A stretch of DNA of 33,727 bases from the NCBI GenBank assembly GCA_036985935.1, contig BTQP01000003.1, forward strand, positions 1 to 33,727, read 5' to 3'. A model generated the notes under the pieces. It was not told the DNA's origin. It did no database searches and saw only the letters and a list, made by a program, of their open reading frames with translations. Of the stretch, positions 9,795 to 19,358 are shown piece by piece (the stretch's first letter is position 1; every line of letters begins with the position of its first letter). The DNA is from Acidimicrobiia bacterium (GTDB lineage Bacteria; Actinomycetota; Acidimicrobiia; Spongiisociales; UBA5794). The translations under genes and the position numbers were made by a program.

Positions 9795-11098
9795 CGTTCT
9801 CAATGGTCGAGCTGATCCGCGCCAAACGCGACGGTGACGAACTCACACCCGACGAGGTCGCATGGATCATCCGACGGTACACCCAGGACGATATTCCTGA
9901 CTACCAACTGTCGGCCCTGCTCATGGCCATCGTGTTCAACGGCATGACGGCTCCCGAACTCGGTGCCTGGACGGAGGCAATGCTTCACTCGGGAGACGTA
10001 CTCGAACTTTCCGCGGTGGACAAACCCAAAGTCGACAAACACTCAACCGGTGGGGTTGGAGACAAGATTTCGATCCCCCTAGCGCCGATTGTGGCAGCGT
10101 GTGGTGTCGCCGTGCCGATGATGTCCGGTCGAGGCCTCGGTCATACAGGAGGGACTCTCGACAAACTCGAGTCGATCCCGGGATTCTCGGTGAACATCTC
10201 TCCCGATGCGTTCGTTGAACAACTCAACGATGTCGGGATGGTGATGGTCGGGCAGACGGAAACTCTCGTGCCGGCAGATCGGCGGATCTATTCGCTTCGC
10301 GACGCCACCGGGACGGTCCCTTCGGTTCCGCTCATTTCGTCATCGATCATGTCGAAGAAACTGGCTGAGGATCTGGATGGTTTGCTTCTCGACGTGAAGG
10401 TCGGCACAGGTGCCTTCATGAAGAACGTCGAAGATGCAACGGAGCTTGCGAACACGATGGTCGGTATCGGGAACACTCACGGAACGCCCGTGACGGCGAT
10501 GCTCACGAACATGGATCAGCCGCTCGGTGTCGCCGTCGGAAACGCGAATGAGATCCGTGAATCGATCGCGATCCTCAAGGGCGGCGGCCCGTCTGATGTC
10601 CAGGAACTGACCCTCGCTTTCGCCGCAGAAATGCTCGTGCTGGCAGGGACGGCTGAACCAGCAGATGCGAGGGCCGTCGCCGAAGAAGCGATCACCTCAG
10701 GGAGCGCGCTCGAGACATTTGCCCGAGCGACCGAGCTCCAGGGCGGAGACCCCGCCGCGATCCTTGATCCCTCCGTGCTCGAGATGGCACCGAACGAACA
10801 CATTATCGAGGCGGACCGCGACGGCTGGATAACGGCCTGTGATGCGTACGCGATCGGCACTGCCGCTGTGCGACTGGGTGCAGGGCGAGCCACCAAGGAA
10901 GACACGATCGATCCCGGAGTAGGGTTCTCGATCCATGCGAAGATCGGAGACCTTGTGACACAGGGACAGCCACTCGCGAGCGTTGTGTACCGCGATACAC
11001 ACCGGCTCGACAGCGCGCTCGCCGCCTCGCAAGACGCCTGGCTCATCGGGGAAGAGAAACCGGACGATGTTCGCCTCATCTTCGAGACGATTCGATGA
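9791..11098 (+). CDS. deoA: Thymidine / pyrimidine-nucleoside phosphorylase
   Basis: VDKHSTGGVGDK, MSGRGLGHTGGTLDKLESIPGF, SSIMSKKLA and LDVKVGTGAFMK. ATG at 9791 overlaps the ATL stop (ATGA). Confidence 0.93.
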   Translation: MTFSMVELIRAKRDGDELTPDEVAWIIRRYTQDDIPDYQLSALLMAIVFNGMTAPELGAWTEAMLHSGDVLELSAVDKPKVDKHSTGGVGDKISIPLAPIVAACGVAVPMMSGRGLGHTGGTLDKLESIPGFSVNISPDAFVEQLNDVGMVMVGQTETLVPADRRIYSLRDATGTVPSVPLISSSIMSKKLAEDLDGLLLDVKVGTGAFMKNVEDATELANTMVGIGNTHGTPVTAMLTNMDQPLGVAVGNANEIRESIAILKGGGPSDVQELTLAFAAEMLVLAGTAEPADARAVAEEAITSGSALETFARATELQGGDPAAILDPSVLEMAPNEHIIEADRDGWITACDAYAIGTAAVRLGAGRATKEDTIDPGVGFSIHAKIGDLVTQGQPLASVVYRDTHRLDSALAASQDAWLIGEEKPDDVRLIFETIR

Positions 11099-11928
11099 GC
11101 TATCACGCAATCGCTGCTGCTGCGACATTCCTTGCAGCCCGCACAGGCTTCGATCGCCACGATGCTGTTGTCGTGCTGGGCTCAGGGCTTGGGGAGTACG
11201 CGACATCCCTCCCCGACGCCGTTGCGATCGAATACAAGGACATACCCGGATTCCCCGTTCCAGGAGTCACAGGACACGGTGGCACGCTCGTCAGCGCCCC
11301 GATCGAGGACAAGCGGCTTCTGGTTCTCGCCGGCAGGGTCCACGCATATGAGGGCTGGGACATGAGCGATATCGTGTTCGGTATCCGCACCGCTGTGACT
11401 GCGGGCGCCAAGCGGGTGTTGTTGACCAACGCTGCTGGAGCGGTCAACGAGGACTACTCACCTGGTGATCTCGTGATCATTTCAGACCACATCAACTTCA
11501 CCGGTCTGAACCCCCTGATCGGTCACAACGACGACCGACTCGGACCACGGTTTCCTGACCTCACCGGCACATACACAGCGGGCCTGAGATGGGATCTCAC
11601 AGCGGTCTTCAATGACGCCGGACTTGCGGCACACGAAGGCACATATGGATGGTTCCTCGGACCCTCATACGAGACACCCGCCGAGGTGCGCATGGCACGA
11701 GCCGCCGGCGCAGATCTGGTCGGCATGTCGACCGTACCTGAAGCGATCGCGGCGACACACATGGGGGCGGAGGTGGCAGGCATTTCTCTTGTCACCAATA
11801 TGGCGGCGGGAATATCACCCACACCTCTGTCGCATGATGAGGTCACCTCGGCCTCGAAACGCGCCCGCGACACTTTCACGAATGTTCTCGATCGATTTCT
11901 TCCGATTCTGGTCAGCGATGCCACATAG
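11095..11928 (+). CDS. punA: Purine-nucleoside phosphorylase (trimeric type)
   Basis: VLGSGLG, GRVHAYEG, LTNAAG, GPSYETPAE, GADLVGMSTVPE and VTNMAAG. Confidence 0.93.
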   Translation: MSYHAIAAAATFLAARTGFDRHDAVVVLGSGLGEYATSLPDAVAIEYKDIPGFPVPGVTGHGGTLVSAPIEDKRLLVLAGRVHAYEGWDMSDIVFGIRTAVTAGAKRVLLTNAAGAVNEDYSPGDLVIISDHINFTGLNPLIGHNDDRLGPRFPDLTGTYTAGLRWDLTAVFNDAGLAAHEGTYGWFLGPSYETPAEVRMARAAGADLVGMSTVPEAIAATHMGAEVAGISLVTNMAAGISPTPLSHDEVTSASKRARDTFTNVLDRFLPILVSDAT

Positions 11929-11990
11929 TTCTTGAGCGTCCGCTCAAAGTAACATACGTCGACGATTTCCATTGAAGGAGCGGCAACGCC

Positions 11991-12749
11991 ATGAACATCG
12001 CGGTGTGCGTGAAGCAGATACCGGACCCGGCGACCCCGTATGAACTCGACTCCGAGAATCACTGGGTCATACGTCCGAACGATCAGGTCCTTGACGACAC
12101 CGACAGGGTCGGCATCGAGGTGGGACTCCAGTTGGCCGAGGCGTCTGAAGGCACCGTCACGCTTTTCTCGATGTCGCCTTCTGGCACTCTCCAGGGCATT
12201 CGCCAGGCTCTTGCGATGGGCGCCGACAAGGCGGTCCTCATCGACGACGAGTCCCTCAAGGGTGCAGACGCCCTGACGACGGCACGAATTCTCAGCGCTG
12301 CCGTGCAGCGGGAGGGATACGACCTCGTCATCGCCGGCACCGAATCCACGGACGGATTCACGGGGGTTGTACCCCAGATGATGTCAGAGATCCTCGACGT
12401 CCCCTGTCTGTCGTTCGCAAGGAAGGTCGAGACCGCTGACGGCCTGGTAACGATCGAGCGCCAAACATCCAGCGGATACGAAACCGTTACATCACCACTG
12501 CCCGCTGTCCTTGCAGTCACAGCTGGGGCTGAGGAACCTCGTTATCCGACTTTCAAGGGCATCATGCAGGCCAAGTCGAAGCCCGTGGACAACACGACAG
12601 CGGCAGAACTCGGCATCGAACCCACAAGCGGGCAGACGATCACGGCCGCCGAACCGGTGACGGCGAGGGCGGCAGGCGACGTGATCGAAGACGATGGCGA
12701 GGCGTATCTCAAGATCATCGAACTGCTCGAAGAATTGAAGGTGATCTGA
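11991..12749 (+). CDS. etfB: Electron transfer flavoprotein beta subunit
   Basis: MNIAVCVKQIPD, ALAMGAD, DLVIAGTESTDGFTG and EPRYPTFKGIMQAKSKP. SD AAGGAG. Confidence 0.93.
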   Translation: MNIAVCVKQIPDPATPYELDSENHWVIRPNDQVLDDTDRVGIEVGLQLAEASEGTVTLFSMSPSGTLQGIRQALAMGADKAVLIDDESLKGADALTTARILSAAVQREGYDLVIAGTESTDGFTGVVPQMMSEILDVPCLSFARKVETADGLVTIERQTSSGYETVTSPLPAVLAVTAGAEEPRYPTFKGIMQAKSKPVDNTTAAELGIEPTSGQTITAAEPVTARAAGDVIEDDGEAYLKIIELLEELKVI

Positions 12750-12750
12750 G

Positions 12751-13695
12751 ATGGCTATCTGGGTTTTCGCAGAGGAACTAGAGGGTGTCGCATCTGCGGG
12801 CTCGTTCGAACTCGTATCGAAAGCGGCCTCGATGGGAGAGGTGTCCGTCTTCTACGTCGGTACCGGTTCCGACGAGATCTTCGCCGCCCTCGGCGCTCAC
12901 GGGGCCACACATGTCCATCATCTCGACACAGGCGATGTTCTGCCGTCTGCTCCCGCCGCTGCGGCCTTCGCCGGACTGCTGGCCGAAGCGGGCGACGACC
13001 TCGTCCTGTTCGGGATGGGCAATACTGATCGCGATGTCGCGGGGCGTGTCGCGGCGCGTCTCGGCAGCCCCCTCGTCGCCAACGCACTCGATGTCACGCC
13101 AGACCGCACGATCACTTCAGAGATCAACGGGGGAACTCTTGCGATAACGACCCGGGTCACGTCGGATGGCCCTGTGATGGTCGTCACTCGTCCCAAGGCG
13201 TTCGCAGCGACCGACACGGGAGGCGGAGCCCCGGTTGTACACGCGGTGGATCTGCCAGATACCGGCCGATCCGGTGGCGCAACGATCACAGAGCGTCACG
13301 TCGAGGCGTCGGAGGGACCCGATCTCGAGGCTGCGGCCGTTGTTGTCTCAGGTGGCCGCGGACTCGGTGGCCCAGACAAGTTCGCGCTGATGCACGAGCT
13401 TGCCGGTCTCCTCGGCGGAGCGGTCGGCGGAACCCGGGCAGTGGTTGATGCGGGCTGGGTTCCGTACTCGTTCCAGGTAGGCCAGACAGGCAAGACGGTG
13501 AAACCCGATGTGTATATCGCGTGTGGAATCTCGGGTGCCATGCAGCACGTCGTAGGGATGAAGGGATCGCAGACGATCATCGCGATAAACAAGGATGCAG
13601 ACGCACCGATCTTTGGTGTCGCCGACCTCGGAATCGTCGGAGATCTTCACAAGGTTGTGCCCCAGGTGATCGAGGCGCTGCAAGCGAGGAATTAA
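12751..13695 (+). CDS. etfA: Electron transfer flavoprotein alpha subunit
   Basis: VVVSGGRGLG, RAVVDAGW, QVGQTGKTVKPDVYIACGISGAMQH and IAINKDADAPIF. Confidence 0.94.
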   Translation: MAIWVFAEELEGVASAGSFELVSKAASMGEVSVFYVGTGSDEIFAALGAHGATHVHHLDTGDVLPSAPAAAAFAGLLAEAGDDLVLFGMGNTDRDVAGRVAARLGSPLVANALDVTPDRTITSEINGGTLAITTRVTSDGPVMVVTRPKAFAATDTGGGAPVVHAVDLPDTGRSGGATITERHVEASEGPDLEAAAVVVSGGRGLGGPDKFALMHELAGLLGGAVGGTRAVVDAGWVPYSFQVGQTGKTVKPDVYIACGISGAMQHVVGMKGSQTIIAINKDADAPIFGVADLGIVGDLHKVVPQVIEALQARN

Positions 13696-14084
13696 CTTTC
13701 CAGTGCCTCGGGCCCGAAGGACATCGGCAGCAGGTCTTCGACCGAGAGCACCTGGGTAGCGCCGGTCGAAGTGCGGAGCAGGATTCGTTGAACGTTGAAC
13801 TCACGCATGATCTGGCGGCAATTGCCACAGGGCGTGCAGAGATCGCCGTCGAGACAGACCACGGCAATAGCTTCGATTGCCGTGGCTCCGGCCGCTATCG
13901 CGTTGCTGATCGCGTTGGCTTCGGCACAGATCGACGCACCGAAAGCCGCATTTTCGATGTTGGCTCCGCTGACAACGTCCCCGTCGTCGGTAACAACAAC
14001 GGCTCCGACGCGAAACTTCGAGTACGGCGAGTATGAACGCTCGGCAGCCTCGGCTGCGCGGTCCAGGAGTTCTCTATCGTCCAC
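13692..14084 (-). CDS. cdd: Cytidine deaminase (homotetrameric, Cys-ligated Zn type)
   Basis: YSPYSKFRVGA, GANIENAAF, CAE, PCGNCRQ and LLPMSFGP. Confidence 0.95.
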   Translation of the reverse strand: MDDRELLDRAAEAAERSYSPYSKFRVGAVVVTDDGDVVSGANIENAAFGASICAEANAISNAIAAGATAIEAIAVVCLDGDLCTPCGNCRQIMREFNVQRILLRTSTGATQVLSVEDLLPMSFGPEALES

Positions 14085-14086
14085 AA

Positions 14087-15112
14087 CTACCTCGCGATCA
14101 GTGCCTCTACGAATGCGACGGGGTCGAATGGTAGAAGGTCATCCATCCCCTCGCCTACACCTATGAATTTCACCGGGGTATCGAGCTTTCGCTCAACGGC
14201 TATTGCGATGCCGCCCCGGGATGTGCCATCGAGTTTTGTCAACACAAGACCGGTCACGCCGATGGCTTCGGTAAACGCCTCGGCCTGGCTCAAACCGTTC
14301 TGGCCGGTTGTGCCGTCGAGAACGAGTAGCACCTCGTCGATGCTGCCCGCCTGCCTCTCGAGGATTCGAACGATCTTGTCGAGCTCGTCCATCAGGTTCG
14401 CCTGACTGTGGAGCCGGCCGGCGGTGTCGATGATCACAACATCCGCACCTGACTCTTTGGCCTGTGTGTAGGCATCGAATGCAACGGACGCCGGATCTGC
14501 TGCCTGGGAGCCAGAAACCACCGGTACACCGACGCGGTCCCCCCACGTTCGCAGCTGCGTATCGGCAGCGGCGCGGAATGTGTCGGCCGCTCCGAGAACC
14601 ACGGACGAGCCCGAGTCAACGAGGCCCTTAGCGATCTTGGCGATACTCGTCGTTTTGCCCGTCCCGTTGACACCAACGACGATCAGGACAGCTGGTGACC
14701 CATCCAGGTGGAGCGATCGATCCTTGCCGGTGAGCACGTCGATGAGTTCACGTTTGAGCAACATGCGAGCTTGTTCCCCGGTTTCGGGCTTTCCAAGCTG
14801 CACGGCCTCGACGATCGCAGATGCTGTCGTGGGACCGACGTCAACAGCGACCAGCGTATCTTCGAGTTCATCCCAGTCTGCCTGGGACAGGTGTGCCGAT
14901 GCGAACAATGAAGCCAGGGCACTCGACATCGCTCCACGGGGCTTGCTGAGCCTGTCTGCCAGACCGTCGCCGGAGGTCGGCACTTGATCGACCGGCGTCT
15001 CACGACCGGCTGCCGGGGCTGATGGGGACTTTCGACGGGAGACGAGCGCGACCACGGCGACCGCGACCGCTGCGAGTACTACGACGAGTACGGCGATCAG
15101 GATCGGATCCAA
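14087..15112 (-). CDS. ftsY: SRP receptor FtsY with N-terminal hydrophobic anchor
   Basis: TTG start after GGAGGT. GVNGTGKTT, DTFRAAA, DTAGRL, TKLDGTSRGG and FIGVGE. N-terminal ILIAVLVVVLAAVAVAVVALV segment. Confidence 0.96.
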   Translation of the reverse strand: MDPILIAVLVVVLAAVAVAVVALVSRRKSPSAPAAGRETPVDQVPTSGDGLADRLSKPRGAMSSALASLFASAHLSQADWDELEDTLVAVDVGPTTASAIVEAVQLGKPETGEQARMLLKRELIDVLTGKDRSLHLDGSPAVLIVVGVNGTGKTTSIAKIAKGLVDSGSSVVLGAADTFRAAADTQLRTWGDRVGVPVVSGSQAADPASVAFDAYTQAKESGADVVIIDTAGRLHSQANLMDELDKIVRILERQAGSIDEVLLVLDGTTGQNGLSQAEAFTEAIGVTGLVLTKLDGTSRGGIAIAVERKLDTPVKFIGVGEGMDDLLPFDPVAFVEALIAR

Positions 15113-15156
15113 GCTCTACCTCCACATATGGTCGGCGCGATGCGCTGAGGCTCGGC

Positions 15157-18100
15157 CTAGACGCTAACGGAGGTCATGCGCTTGGAGAGAACCTTCGATG
15201 ACTCGCCCGGCTCCATCGTCACGCCGTACAGAACATCGGCGGCCTCCATGGTTTGCTGCTGGTGCGTGATGATCACCAACTGCACACTTTCACGCAGGGT
15301 GTGCACCAGCCGAAGGAATCGGTGCAGGTTCGCATCGTCGAGTGCCGCTTCAACCTCATCGAGGACGTAGAACGGACTGGGTCTGGCTCGGAACACCGCG
15401 AACAGGAAGGCCAGTGCGGCAAGTGACCTCTCACCCCCGCTGAGCAAGGAGAGTCTGCCGACCTTCTTGCCCGCTGGCTGTGCCTGCACGAGTACACCGG
15501 TTGCCAGCGGATCCGTGCCCTTGTCCAATCGGAGCTGGCCTTTGCCCCCGGGGAACACCAGAGCGAAGTTCTCCTCGTAGTACTTTGCAATGTCTGCGAA
15601 CGCTTCTTCGAACAACGCAACCATCTTCTCGTCAAGTGCCGCGATGACTTTCTTGAGCTCGCCACGGGACTCGGCGAGGTCGGCGAGTTGCTCCTCGAGC
15701 TCCTGGCTGGCAGAGGCGAGCTCCTCGTACTCCGCTGCTGCAAGCGGGTTGATCGGGCCCATCCGTCGTAGATCGGCAGTCAGAGATTCGAGCCGATGTT
15801 CAGGGTCGACGTCCTCGCCGATATCTGGTTCGACTGCCGATAGCGCCTGGGCCTCAGTCGCATCAGCGTCTCTTCGAATGGCCTCGCAGGCGGCCTCGTC
15901 CCGCACGTTGAGCTCGGCGAGCTCGACATCCAGAGCGTTCACCATCGCTGATGACGTCCGACTGGTCGTTTCGAGGGCCTCACGTCTGGCCTCCGCGTCG
16001 ACGAGTTCTGCGTTTGTGCTTCCGGAGCGGTCGCGCAGGGACCTCTGGCGTTCCCTCAGCTCTTCGATGAATCCCGACACTGTCGAGATAGCCACCTGTG
16101 CCACCTCGTCGATGCGGGTGAGGCTGTGGACCGTTTCGTCTGATCCGGGAAGCCATTGCAATTGGTTGAGCTCGGCTTCGACAGCCGCTAGCCGCGCCTC
16201 GCTCATCGTCCTTCGCTCGACAATCACTGCGACGTCGCCGGATGCCTCCTGCAAGATACGTTGTGCTTGCTCGCGCTGAGCCGCAACCTCGCCGCGGCGC
16301 ACGTTGAGGGCCTCCCAAGCGACGTGACGGGCAGCTTCTTCGCCCTCGAAGCCGGCGACGCGGTCACGCAAGGCGGAGATTCGATCATCCCGGATCTGTG
16401 CCGAATCTGCGATCGCCGCTATTCGAGATGCAAGCCTCTCCGACTCCTCGTTTGAAGCGGCGAGCGATCGGGCGTTCAACCCGAGAGCCTCGCTGAGTCC
16501 CCCGAGTTTGGCCTCGAGATTCTCGAGCAAATCCAGTGCCTGACGCTCTTCGGTCTTTGCGGCCTCGAATGATCGCCCGGTTGCGGTCGCGAGGCTCGAC
16601 GTTCTCGACAGGTCGCGTTCGGCGACTTCGAGCTCCACTTTCGATCCCTCGAGCGCGGCGGGTCCTGCACCGTCGGGCTGCGAGACGATCATCCCCGTCT
16701 GGGTGACGACGTCACCCTCGGGCGTCACAACACGGACATCTGGAAACACTTCGACGATCTCCCATGCCGTGTTCCACCCCTCCACGACAACAACATCCCC
16801 GAGAAACGCTGCAGCGAGGGCGCTGTCCGCGTTCTTTCCGAGCATGCCGACAAGTGTGTCGACACCGAATCGATCAGCGGCCCGCTGGGCAACCGATAGG
16901 TCGCCTTCGCGGTGAAATACGAAGGACACACCACCCGTGCCCGCCGTCTTGAGTGCGTTGATCGCGTTTCGCATCGGATCAGGCCCTAGTGTGACGAACG
17001 CGGAGCGCCAAGACCCGAGGGCCGCATCCACCGCGGGGCCGTATCGCGCTGGCACATCGAGGTGCGCTACCACCGCTCCGAGCACTCCGTCGTACCCGGT
17101 AGCGATTGTGAGAGCGACATCGTCAACAAGCCCCTCGAGCGCTGCTTCGAGTGCGTCGACACGAGCCTGGGACCTCGTCACAGCAAGCAGTGCCTCCTCC
17201 TTGGCAGCTTGAGCGAGGCTAAATGCGGTCTCTGCAGACTCGCGGCTGACCTTGCTGATCTCATATTTCTTCGCCAGAACGGTGACAGAGCTGTCCGAGT
17301 CGCGGATCTCGCGATTCAGCCGGTCCGCCTCTTCTGTCTCATCCGAGACGCGATCGGCAACGACCAGCATCCTTTGCTCGATTTGCTCCGCCTCGATTCG
17401 ATCGCGGTTCGCGGCCGTCTCGAGTGACCGGAGGTCACCTCGAAGGTTCGCTACGACGCCTTCAGTCGGAAGTTGGACCTGCTCGGCGAGGGCGCGCTCC
17501 TCGTCTTCAAGTGCGCGTAGCGCAGTGTCACGTCGCTCGACTTCATCGATCGCTTTGCGTTCGACGTCCGAGGAGTTGGCAAGAACATCTTTGAGATCAT
17601 GCAGCTCTGTTTCGAGATCATCCCTCCGCTCGTCCGCGCCGACCAGGCGCGACGTGATGGCCTGAGAACGCTCACGCGCGACGAGCGACGCTGACGTGAA
17701 CCGTTCCCGCACCGTCTCGAGTCTCGCAGCCGCTGCTGTATCCCTCCGCAGTTCGGCACCGACATGACCCGCTGCGGTACGCAGCCCCTCGAGCCCGTCG
17801 CGCAGTTCCTTCAATTCGCTATCCGAGGCATCGAGCTTCGCCGCTGCATCCGACCGCTCCGCTTTCGCCTGCTCGATGCGGGTTCGAAGCGCTCGAAGCT
17901 GTTCGCCGCCGAGCCATAGGCGCAGCGCCATCGCCTCGTCCTTGACCGAGTCATATCGCAGAGCGGCATTTGCCTGCCGCTTCAGTGGTCGCAGGGCTTT
18001 GCGCTGCTGCATCAAGATGTCGTTCAGCCGTTCGACGTCGAGGTCGGTGCGTTCGAGACGCCGGACGGAGCGTTCCCTGCGGCTGCGATGTTTGGTCACA

Positions 18101-18597
18101 CCTGCGGCTTCTTCGATCACCGCTCGGTGGTCTTCCGGGCTGGCGTTGAGGATGTCACCAACCTGGCCCTGGCCAACGAGAACGTGCTGCTGTTTACCGA
18201 TCCCGCCGTCTGACAAGAGGTCCTGGATGTCGAGCAGCCGGCAGGGCGCTCCATTGAGCTCGTACTCCGAGGTGCCATCGCGAAATAGCCTGCGGGTGAT
18301 GGTGATCTCGGCCAGGCCGAGTGGAATCAGTTGGTCGTCGTTCGCAAATGTGAGCGAGACCTCAGCGCGTGGCAGAGGTGGCCTGGTCTCGGTTCCGGCG
18401 AAGACAACATCCTCCATTCGCTCCGTTCGCAGCGACTTCGTTGCCTGGGTGCCCATCACCCATGCAATGGCGTCCAGGATGTTCGACTTTCCCGATCCGT
18501 TCGGTCCAACAACGACGTTGACACCCGACGTGAAGTCGAGACGAGTGCGGTCGGCGAAAGACTTGAATCCGCGCAGTGTCAGATGTTTGAGTTTCAC
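15157..18597 (-). CDS. smc: Chromosome segregation protein SMC
   Basis: Walker A GPNGSGKSN, long coiled coils around a central hinge, LSGGE signature and Walker B VLDEVEAALD. Confidence 0.97.
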   Translation of the reverse strand: MKLKHLTLRGFKSFADRTRLDFTSGVNVVVGPNGSGKSNILDAIAWVMGTQATKSLRTERMEDVVFAGTETRPPLPRAEVSLTFANDDQLIPLGLAEITITRRLFRDGTSEYELNGAPCRLLDIQDLLSDGGIGKQQHVLVGQGQVGDILNASPEDHRAVIEEAAGVTKHRSRRERSVRRLERTDLDVERLNDILMQQRKALRPLKRQANAALRYDSVKDEAMALRLWLGGEQLRALRTRIEQAKAERSDAAAKLDASDSELKELRDGLEGLRTAAGHVGAELRRDTAAAARLETVRERFTSASLVARERSQAITSRLVGADERRDDLETELHDLKDVLANSSDVERKAIDEVERRDTALRALEDEERALAEQVQLPTEGVVANLRGDLRSLETAANRDRIEAEQIEQRMLVVADRVSDETEEADRLNREIRDSDSSVTVLAKKYEISKVSRESAETAFSLAQAAKEEALLAVTRSQARVDALEAALEGLVDDVALTIATGYDGVLGAVVAHLDVPARYGPAVDAALGSWRSAFVTLGPDPMRNAINALKTAGTGGVSFVFHREGDLSVAQRAADRFGVDTLVGMLGKNADSALAAAFLGDVVVVEGWNTAWEIVEVFPDVRVVTPEGDVVTQTGMIVSQPDGAGPAALEGSKVELEVAERDLSRTSSLATATGRSFEAAKTEERQALDLLENLEAKLGGLSEALGLNARSLAASNEESERLASRIAAIADSAQIRDDRISALRDRVAGFEGEEAARHVAWEALNVRRGEVAAQREQAQRILQEASGDVAVIVERRTMSEARLAAVEAELNQLQWLPGSDETVHSLTRIDEVAQVAISTVSGFIEELRERQRSLRDRSGSTNAELVDAEARREALETTSRTSSAMVNALDVELAELNVRDEAACEAIRRDADATEAQALSAVEPDIGEDVDPEHRLESLTADLRRMGPINPLAAAEYEELASASQELEEQLADLAESRGELKKVIAALDEKMVALFEEAFADIAKYYEENFALVFPGGKGQLRLDKGTDPLATGVLVQAQPAGKKVGRLSLLSGGERSLAALAFLFAVFRARPSPFYVLDEVEAALDDANLHRFLRLVHTLRESVQLVIITHQQQTMEAADVLYGVTMEPGESSKVLSKRMTSVSV

Positions 18598-18605
18598 GAA
18601 TCTGC

Positions 18606-18635
18606 AGGTTACCAGGACGAATTACATGCGTGTAA
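18606..18635 (-). promoter_or_regulatory. Putative smc promoter (-10 TAACCT) with TTACA-N4-TGTAA inverted repeat over the expected -35 region
   Basis: Minus strand reads gggTTACAcgcaTGTAAttcgtcctggTAACCTgcagattcGTG. The -10 is at 18606-18611 and the palindrome at 18622-18635. Confidence 0.5.
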
Positions 18636-18651
18636 CCCAATTCCCGGCTCG

Positions 18652-19356
18652 TCAGCGGTCGTCCCCGGACGACGTGGGATCTTCGAGCGCACGACGGGCA
18701 GCCTCGATGGCAGCAGCCTTCTTCGAGGGACCGTCCGCGGTTGCGATGCGCTGTCCCTCGACGACGGCTGTTGCGATGAAGACAGCCGCGTGGTCGGGGC
18801 CTGAACGCTCATACTCGAACGTAACGGTCACACCTTGCTTCGCGAGCCGCTCCTGCAGTCGCGACCTCGGATCCTGCACGTCGCCGGATCCCACGACATC
18901 CTCGACCAGCGGACCCCACCACCGTCGCACGATGGTGTCCGCCTCGTTCCAGCCCCCATCGAGGTGAACCGCTCCGAGTAGGGACTCGACCACATCGGAG
19001 AGAATGGAATCACGTTGCCTGCCCCCGGATTGGTCCTCCCCTCGACCGAGACGTATCGCCCCGTCGAGTTCGAGATCCCTGGCGAGCGATGCAAGTGCCC
19101 TTTCGTCAACGACCGAGGCTCGGATCCTCGTCATCTCGCCCTCAGTTGCCGTCGGCAATCGAGCGTAGATGATGTCCGTTGTCGCGAGTTCGATCACTGC
19201 GTCACCGAGGAATTCGAGGCGTTCGTATGACGTCGTGTTGTGATTCTCAGCGACGAACGACGAATGCGTGAGTGCCTCAGAGAGCAGCGAGCTGTCAGCG
19301 AACGTATATCCGATTCGCTTCTGAAGTTCTGCGAGTCTGGTGTCGCTGCTGTCCAT
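18652..19356 (-). CDS. rnc: Ribonuclease III
   Basis: ALTHSS, ERLEFLGDAV signature, DVVESLLGAVHLDGG and C-terminal dsRBD (GPDH...F, GPSKKAAAIEAA). Confidence 0.97.
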   Translation of the reverse strand: MDSSDTRLAELQKRIGYTFADSSLLSEALTHSSFVAENHNTTSYERLEFLGDAVIELATTDIIYARLPTATEGEMTRIRASVVDERALASLARDLELDGAIRLGRGEDQSGGRQRDSILSDVVESLLGAVHLDGGWNEADTIVRRWWGPLVEDVVGSGDVQDPRSRLQERLAKQGVTVTFEYERSGPDHAAVFIATAVVEGQRIATADGPSKKAAAIEAARRALEDPTSSGDDR

Positions 19357-19358
19357 CG

